Shown in pieces: positions 1-4,680 of a stretch of DNA of 12,064 nt. The DNA is taken from positions 1 to 12,064 of the forward strand of contig JANLWX010000054.1 of the NCBI GenBank assembly GCA_031364845.1, given 5' to 3'. This DNA is from Candidatus Eiseniibacteriota bacterium (lineage in GTDB: Bacteria > Eisenbacteria > RBG-16-71-46). A model generated the notes under the pieces. It did no database searches. It was given only the letters and a program-made list of their open reading frames with translations, and was not told the DNA's origin. Position numbers and translations under genes: made by a program. The number at the start of each line of letters is the position of its first letter. The first letter of the stretch is position 1.

Positions 1-92
1 GCTTCGTCGCTCCTCGCTGCGGAGTGTCTTACGACACGCCTCGCTCGTCGCTCCTCGCCGCCTTGCACTCGAAGTTCTCGGACACCGCCTAG
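1..92. mobile_element. Putative short non-autonomous repeat (MITE/REP-like element), truncated by the left window edge
   Basis: Non-coding, immediately after the stop of the GH113 gene. The minus strand reads CTAG-GCGGTGTCCGAGAACT...TGCAAGGCG...GAGGCGTGTC-GTAA-GACAC...CGCAGC, with an internal hairpin, a 14-bp direct repeat and CTAG at 89-92 as a possible target site. The layout resembles, from memory, short intergenic repeats with IS5/IS1182-like ends. The other end and the copy number cannot be seen. Confidence 0.45.
4..58. repeat. Exact 14-bp direct repeat TCGTCGCTCCTCGC (4-17 and 45-58) flanking inverted repeat GTGTC/GACAC (24-28, 33-37)
   Basis: Read directly from the sequence. Confidence 0.9.
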
Positions 93-93
93 A

Positions 94-2496
94 CTAACGC
101 GGCGGCTTCACAGCCGGAACCCGTACCGGTCTTCCGTTCCATTCCCGAAACGCACGCGCCATCACCTGCTGTGCCGGCTTGCCGCGGGGCGTGAACGATC
201 CGTCGCGCGGACCACCGCTCGATGACGAACTGAACCACTTCCAGAAGAACGCACCTGCCACCCAGTCCTCGGGTTCGAGCGCGCGGACCAGCGCGTCGTA
301 ACACGCGCGCTGGGTTTCGAGATCGGGGCTTCCGCGGTCCTCCTCCCACGGGCGCACGGGCGCGGTCGGCGTCGAGGCGTAGCCCGCTTCGAGCAGCACC
401 ACCGACCGACCGCTGCGTGATGCGATCGCGTGCAGACGCTCGAGTCCCTTCTTCGCACCCGCCGTGAGTGTGGCGACATCGCGTGTCGGCTCGGCGGCGA
501 GCGGGTCGTAGAACGAGACGCCGATCACATCGAGCGCATCCCAGAATGCGATCTGATCGACTTCGCGGTCCCAGTTGGCACCGTAGGTCAGCGTTCCCGT
601 GTACGCGCGGCGCACGTCCGCGATCAGCCGGCGCCAGGGCTCGGGATGGCCGAGCGTCGCGGTCGGGAGTTCGTGGCCCACGACCAGTCCATCCATGCCC
701 TCGCGTTCGGCGAGCAGTGCATAGTGAAGAATGAAGCGCCGGTACTGCTCGAAGAAGCGTCCCCAACCGCGCGGGCTGAACTCCAGCTCGCCGACCCAGC
801 CGCGCGTCCACAGGTGCGGCTTGAGCCATACGCGAAGGCCCGCCGCCCGCGCGCGCGCCGCGGCTTCACATACCGACTCGTCGGTCTCTTCCTCGGGACC
901 GCCCTGCGCGCTCGGATGGATCTCCGGAACATCGAGTCCTGGCAGGTATCCGAACGGCGTGAGTGAGATCCAGTTCGCACCCATATTTTGAAGGGACTTG
1001 AGCTCGCGCGCGGCGTCGCCCGACAGGTAGCCGTGCTCGAGGCTCACGGAATGTGCAAAGCAGGCTCCGCGCTGAAAACCGTCGGCCGGCAGCCACCGTC
1101 GGGGCAGCGGATGCGCGGGGCGCTCGCGCCGTCCGGCGTAGGCGAGCGAATCGCTGAGCGCGCGATAGCGCTGCTCGACTTCCTGCGCGTCGACGCCGGC
1201 GGTGCGGCACAGTGCCTCGAACTCCCGCGGCGGATCTCGCGTCAGCAATTTCGCGAGCGCGGCCGCGCCACCCGCTCCCGCGCACTCGAACACGCTCTGC
1301 GCGAGCAGCGCGCGCGCCGGAATCCAGATCAGGGGCGAGCGCCACATCGAATCGGCGCCGGCGGCATCGCGCGCGACCGGCAGCAGGCGTGCGAAGCCGA
1401 TCCGGCTCACCGCGCGCGCGAGCGATTCACCGCCGTAGCGCCCGGCGATCATGACCCCGGCCGGCACCATGAAACGCGAATCGAGCGAGCCTCCGCGACG
1501 GCGCAGCGCCGCCGTCGCCACCGACCATCCGTCGATCTCGTCGCGACCCGCCGCGCGCGCGGCGTGCGCGGCGCCGTCGTCCGCAACGTGTTCGGGACGC
1601 GAGATGCGCGTGTACGCCGCCTTCTCTTCGAGCGTGCGATAAAGCGTGAGCGACAGGGGCCCGCGCGTCGCGGCCGGGCTCATGCCGGCTTCCGCGAGAC
1701 GGCGCAGCACGCCTTCGGCCTCGCGGCGCGCACGCGTGGCGTCGACTCCCGGCGGCACGGCGATCGTGATGCCGTGCGCCGTGGTACGCGTGAGGGATCG
1801 CGTGAACGACTCGCGTTCGCGCTCGCGATCGCGGTCGAGTGATGCATCGTAGCGCCACGGAGTCATGGCCGAGTGAGCGAACGAGCCGAAACGCGCGAGT
1901 TCCCCGTCACGGTGAATGCGCCAGTCGTCGCCACCCGAGAGCAGCCCGCCGCCACGCCGCGTCATCGCTTCCGCCGAATTCCCGGCGATCAGCACGACCA
2001 TGCGTCGCGGATCGAGCGGGTGCGGATAGACGAGCTGGATCACATCACCCGCGCGCGCATATTCGCGATCCTGCCAGCGGAAGCCGTCGTGCGTGAACTG
2101 CAGCGGGAGTGCGGCGGCGAGCTTTGCGGTCCAGTCGTTCTCTGCCGGTCCGCCGATCAGGATCAGCGACCTCCGCGCCGCGGTTGCGGAGCCCAGTTCG
2201 CGATCGGCGACGACCGCCGCGGAGTCGCCGCCTGCCATGCGGCTCGCGAGCAGTCGCGCGCGTGCCCGCAGCGCCGGTGCGGTTTCGGGATCGCGGGTTC
2301 CGAACACGAACAGCCAGCGCTCTCCCGAAGCGAGCAGCGACTGCTCGATCTGGTCACGGCTGAAGCGCGGCTTCTGATACTGGAGCGGAGGTTCGGCGCG
2401 GGCTCCCGAGACGCCGAGTGCGGCGAGCGCAAGTCCGACGACGATCCCGCGGCGAGCGCGCGGCGCGACCCCTGCGAGGGCGCGCATCAGCCACAT
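94..2496 (-). CDS. Secreted multidomain protein (800 aa) with C-terminal GH113-type (clan GH-A TIM barrel) glycoside hydrolase domain
   Basis: Start placed at ATG 2496 (TGATG overlap with the lipoprotein stop; ATG 2487 is an alternative), not 2826. Signal peptide ...RRGIVVGLALAALGVSGARA. The C-terminal ~320 aa carry GANWISLTPF, LKPHLW, GHEL (putative acid/base Glu, codon 670-672), TYGANW, DVIGVSFYDPL, LLEAGY (putative nucleophile Glu, codon 388-390) and GAFFWKW, matching GH113/GTA-TIM-barrel-like motifs. Confidence 0.8.
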   Translation of the reverse strand: MWLMRALAGVAPRARRGIVVGLALAALGVSGARAEPPLQYQKPRFSRDQIEQSLLASGERWLFVFGTRDPETAPALRARARLLASRMAGGDSAAVVADRELGSATAARRSLILIGGPAENDWTAKLAAALPLQFTHDGFRWQDREYARAGDVIQLVYPHPLDPRRMVVLIAGNSAEAMTRRGGGLLSGGDDWRIHRDGELARFGSFAHSAMTPWRYDASLDRDRERERESFTRSLTRTTAHGITIAVPPGVDATRARREAEGVLRRLAEAGMSPAATRGPLSLTLYRTLEEKAAYTRISRPEHVADDGAAHAARAAGRDEIDGWSVATAALRRRGGSLDSRFMVPAGVMIAGRYGGESLARAVSRIGFARLLPVARDAAGADSMWRSPLIWIPARALLAQSVFECAGAGGAAALAKLLTRDPPREFEALCRTAGVDAQEVEQRYRALSDSLAYAGRRERPAHPLPRRWLPADGFQRGACFAHSVSLEHGYLSGDAARELKSLQNMGANWISLTPFGYLPGLDVPEIHPSAQGGPEEETDESVCEAAARARAAGLRVWLKPHLWTRGWVGELEFSPRGWGRFFEQYRRFILHYALLAEREGMDGLVVGHELPTATLGHPEPWRRLIADVRRAYTGTLTYGANWDREVDQIAFWDALDVIGVSFYDPLAAEPTRDVATLTAGAKKGLERLHAIASRSGRSVVLLEAGYASTPTAPVRPWEEDRGSPDLETQRACYDALVRALEPEDWVAGAFFWKWFSSSSSGGPRDGSFTPRGKPAQQVMARAFREWNGRPVRVPAVKPPR

Positions 2497-3188
2497 CAGC
2501 GCGGAACGACGCTCGCGACGCGGAAGCGGAACGAATACGGGATGTAGCGGTCCTCGATGCGGAACACGAGGTCCACGCCGAACACGCGATCGACGTACTG
2601 CACCGCGGACTGGTCTTCGGGGAACAGCGTGCGGTGTAGCTGCTGATCGGTGCCGCCCGGATCCACCAGTGAGCTGATCGGAAACACGTAGTCGCTGTAG
2701 CGCTGGAGACCGAGGATCTGGGTCGGCGGCTGGTTTCCGTAGCGGTCGGACCAGCGCGTGGTGCCGTGGGCGACCTTGTCGGTGCCCAGGGTGCCGAACC
2801 AGTTCGAGCGGTCCCAGTCGATCCACACCGGACGGTTCTGGCGATTCTCGATCTGGAAGTGGAGCGCGCCCGGGGTCGGCCGGAAGTAGAACGACATCTC
2901 GCGATCCTGGAACGTAAACCGGTCGCTCGAGGGATCGATCTGCTTGAAGCGATAGGCGAACTGAGCCGAATTCGAGCCGGGAATGGAAGAGACCGAGTCG
3001 ACCGCACCGGAAACGATCCGCGTGAAGCCGGTTTCGGGATCGGCCTCGGGCAATTTCGACTCGACGCGCGGCGGCGGCTCAGCCGCAGGTGGCGGCGAGG
3101 CGGATTCCGGCGACGGGCTCGAGGAACAGCCGGCGAGCGCGATCGCACATGTCATCGTGAGGCAGGTGAGTCTGAGTGAAGTGCGCAC
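2496..3188 (-). CDS. Hypothetical lipoprotein (230 aa)
   Basis: N-terminus MRTSLRLTCLTMTCAIALAG-C has a canonical lipobox (LAGC). It is followed by a Ser/Pro-rich tether and a globular aromatic, beta-rich domain with normal protein composition, unlike the Arg-rich shadow frames. Confidence 0.85.
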   Translation of the reverse strand: MRTSLRLTCLTMTCAIALAGCSSSPSPESASPPPAAEPPPRVESKLPEADPETGFTRIVSGAVDSVSSIPGSNSAQFAYRFKQIDPSSDRFTFQDREMSFYFRPTPGALHFQIENRQNRPVWIDWDRSNWFGTLGTDKVAHGTTRWSDRYGNQPPTQILGLQRYSDYVFPISSLVDPGGTDQQLHRTLFPEDQSAVQYVDRVFGVDLVFRIEDRYIPYSFRFRVASVVPR

Positions 3189-3194
3189 GCCGGA

Positions 3195-3223
3195 ACACTA
3201 GCCGAGGGAATGTGATGAAACAA
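3195..3223 (-). promoter_or_regulatory. Putative sigma70-type promoter for the lipoprotein-GH113 unit (likely leaderless)
   Basis: Minus strand TTGTTT (3223-3218) - 17 nt - TAGTGT (3200-3195) - 6 nt - GTG start (3188). No Shine-Dalgarno in front of the start. Confidence 0.6.
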
Positions 3224-3415
3224 GGCGCCGGATCCTCCGCCGTCTTATCCCGGCCACCGGCCCCGGTTGCCGAGACCCGGAACCGCCGGCGGCACCGCAA
3301 GAAACGGCTTCACTCCGCGCTCGTGATAACCGATACCCCTGCGAAGCGGAACCGGCAGCCGAAGGATCGATTCTCGAGGGGCCACGACGGCCCGTTCCGC
3401 CCATCATGGCGATCG

Positions 3416-3422
3416 AAGGAGG
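3416..3422 (+). promoter_or_regulatory. Strong Shine-Dalgarno sequence AAGGAGG
   Basis: AAGGAGG lies 8 nt upstream of ATG 3431 in otherwise intergenic DNA. Confidence 0.55.
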
Positions 3423-3430
3423 ACAACCGC

Positions 3431-3739
3431 ATGTCCGTGAACTGGTCCGCGCGCGCACTCACGGGTGCGCTCACGATCGTGTTCATGACGCAGCCGGGGT
3501 TTGCGCTCGCGAGCCGCCTGGCTCAGAAGTCGAGCGCGGCGCCGGCGTATCCGGTCAGCTCGACGTATCCCCTGCCGGTCACGCGCTGCCCGCGCGAGGT
3601 CCCGGCCACCGCGACCGCTCCCTCCCAGTACGCGATCCCGCCCGTGGTACCCGTGACGAGTTCCTGGTCCGCCACGCGTGGATCGAGAACCAGGTCGATG
3701 CCGGCGCTCGCGACCCGCAACCGCCAGCGCGCGGGATAG
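3431..3739 (+). pseudogene. Possible 5' remnant of a secreted-protein gene (signal peptide only), or small antisense-overlapping ORF (102 aa)
   Basis: A strong RBS and ATG are followed by MSVNWSARALTGALTIVFMTQPGFALA, which is signal-peptide-like with an AxA site. From 3523 onward the frame is antisense to attH and looks like shadow sequence. Confidence 0.35.
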
Positions 3740-4680
3740 CTTCCGCCGGTTCGCGCGCTCTTCCACATCGACAGCGGCGTGAGTTCGAACTCCTCGAGCT
3801 TCAGACGCCGCGCGCGGCCGTCGCGCTCCACGAGAGTTCCGCTCGACAGCGGCTCGGTGCCCCCGTCCCTCAGCCGCAGCCGATAGAGCATCAGATCGCG
3901 GCCGTCTTCGAGCTGGATGCTGAACCAGTCCCACCCCACCTGATCCGCGCCGAGCTGGCTGCTGCCGAACTCGTGATCCATCCATGACGTTCCCGTCACG
4001 CGCTGTTCACGCCCCGCTCGGATGATGCGCCCGCGCGTCGGCATCCGCGTGAGCGAATAGTAGTGCGACGCGTTTCCGGCACCTGAAGACTTCTGACTCA
4101 CGCCGCGGTCGCCGTGGACCACGGGTGTCTTGCCGGGATCGAGTTCGAGTTCGATCGCGACGTCCTCGGATCGTCCCGGCGCGCCGCGCACCACCGCGCG
4201 CAGGACGTGCGTGCGGCCGTCGGGACCGAGGCCCGCGCTCCAGTCGTCGATCCACGCGCGGTAACGCGATGAATCCGCACCCGCCATGCCAAGCGCGGGC
4301 CGCGCGATGCGTTCGTCGAACCGGAACCGGCGCGCGCCGACGTCCGTGAACGCGGCGTGCGCGATCACGAGTTCCCGCGGCGCCCACGCGGATCGATTCG
4401 TGCGCCAAGCGGTGTCGAGCGCCACACGGAAGAATGTGATCTGGTATCCGAACTCCGCCCCCCCCGACTCGAGATGGCCGGTGTAGTACCACCACTCGGT
4501 GCGGAATTCCGGATGCGCGGCGTGGTCACGGGGAAATTGGAACGTGTACGGGGGCAGCGCGATGCGGTAGCCGTCGCGAAATGCCGTATCGGCGGGAACG
4601 GCGCCGGACAGCGCGAGCAGCGCGAGGGTACCGGTGATCGCGGCGATTGCGCGGCGCGCGGCCCTGGCCATGCGGTTCAT
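3523..4680 (-). CDS. AttH-like / CrtC (carotenoid 1,2-hydratase family) lipocalin-like secreted protein (385 aa)
   Basis: Start placed at ATG 4680 (ATGA overlap with the permease stop), not 6882. N-terminal signal peptide. Family motifs FPRDHAAHPEFRTEWWYYTGHL, FGYQITFFR, YYSLTR, SWMDHEF, GWDWFSIQL, YWEGAV and GYVELTGY. Usual position downstream of an FtsX-type ABC permease. Confidence 0.9.
   Translation of the reverse strand: MNRMARAARRAIAAITGTLALLALSGAVPADTAFRDGYRIALPPYTFQFPRDHAAHPEFRTEWWYYTGHLESGGAEFGYQITFFRVALDTAWRTNRSAWAPRELVIAHAAFTDVGARRFRFDERIARPALGMAGADSSRYRAWIDDWSAGLGPDGRTHVLRAVVRGAPGRSEDVAIELELDPGKTPVVHGDRGVSQKSSGAGNASHYYSLTRMPTRGRIIRAGREQRVTGTSWMDHEFGSSQLGADQVGWDWFSIQLEDGRDLMLYRLRLRDGGTEPLSSGTLVERDGRARRLKLEEFELTPLSMWKSARTGGSYPARWRLRVASAGIDLVLDPRVADQELVTGTTGGIAYWEGAVAVAGTSRGQRVTGRGYVELTGYAGAALDF

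Noticed and set aside
4..58. Direct repeat pair as a possible CRISPR array edge
   Set aside because: Only two 14-bp copies are visible, shorter than CRISPR repeats. The intervening sequence is itself a hairpin, and no cas genes are present.
2497..2826. 110-aa N-terminal extension of the GH113 ORF (910-aa call)
   Set aside because: It overlaps the lipoprotein in another frame and is Arg/Pro-rich. The signal peptide starts at ATG 2496.
3346..3403. Cloverleaf followed by CCA as a possible tRNA
   Set aside because: Only 58 nt, with no TTCGA T-loop, no 7-nt anticodon loop, no D-loop GG and no discriminator base.
3510..3525. GAGCC/GGCTC hairpin at the attH stop as an intrinsic terminator
   Set aside because: Only a 5-bp stem overlapping the stop codon, with no following U tract.
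4630..4680. Twin-arginine (Tat) signal in AttH, and similarly in the GH113 protein
   Set aside because: The RR pairs (ARRAI, ARRGI) fit the S/T-R-R-x-F-L-K consensus poorly, and Arg is abundant in high-GC N-termini. A Sec signal is the simpler reading.
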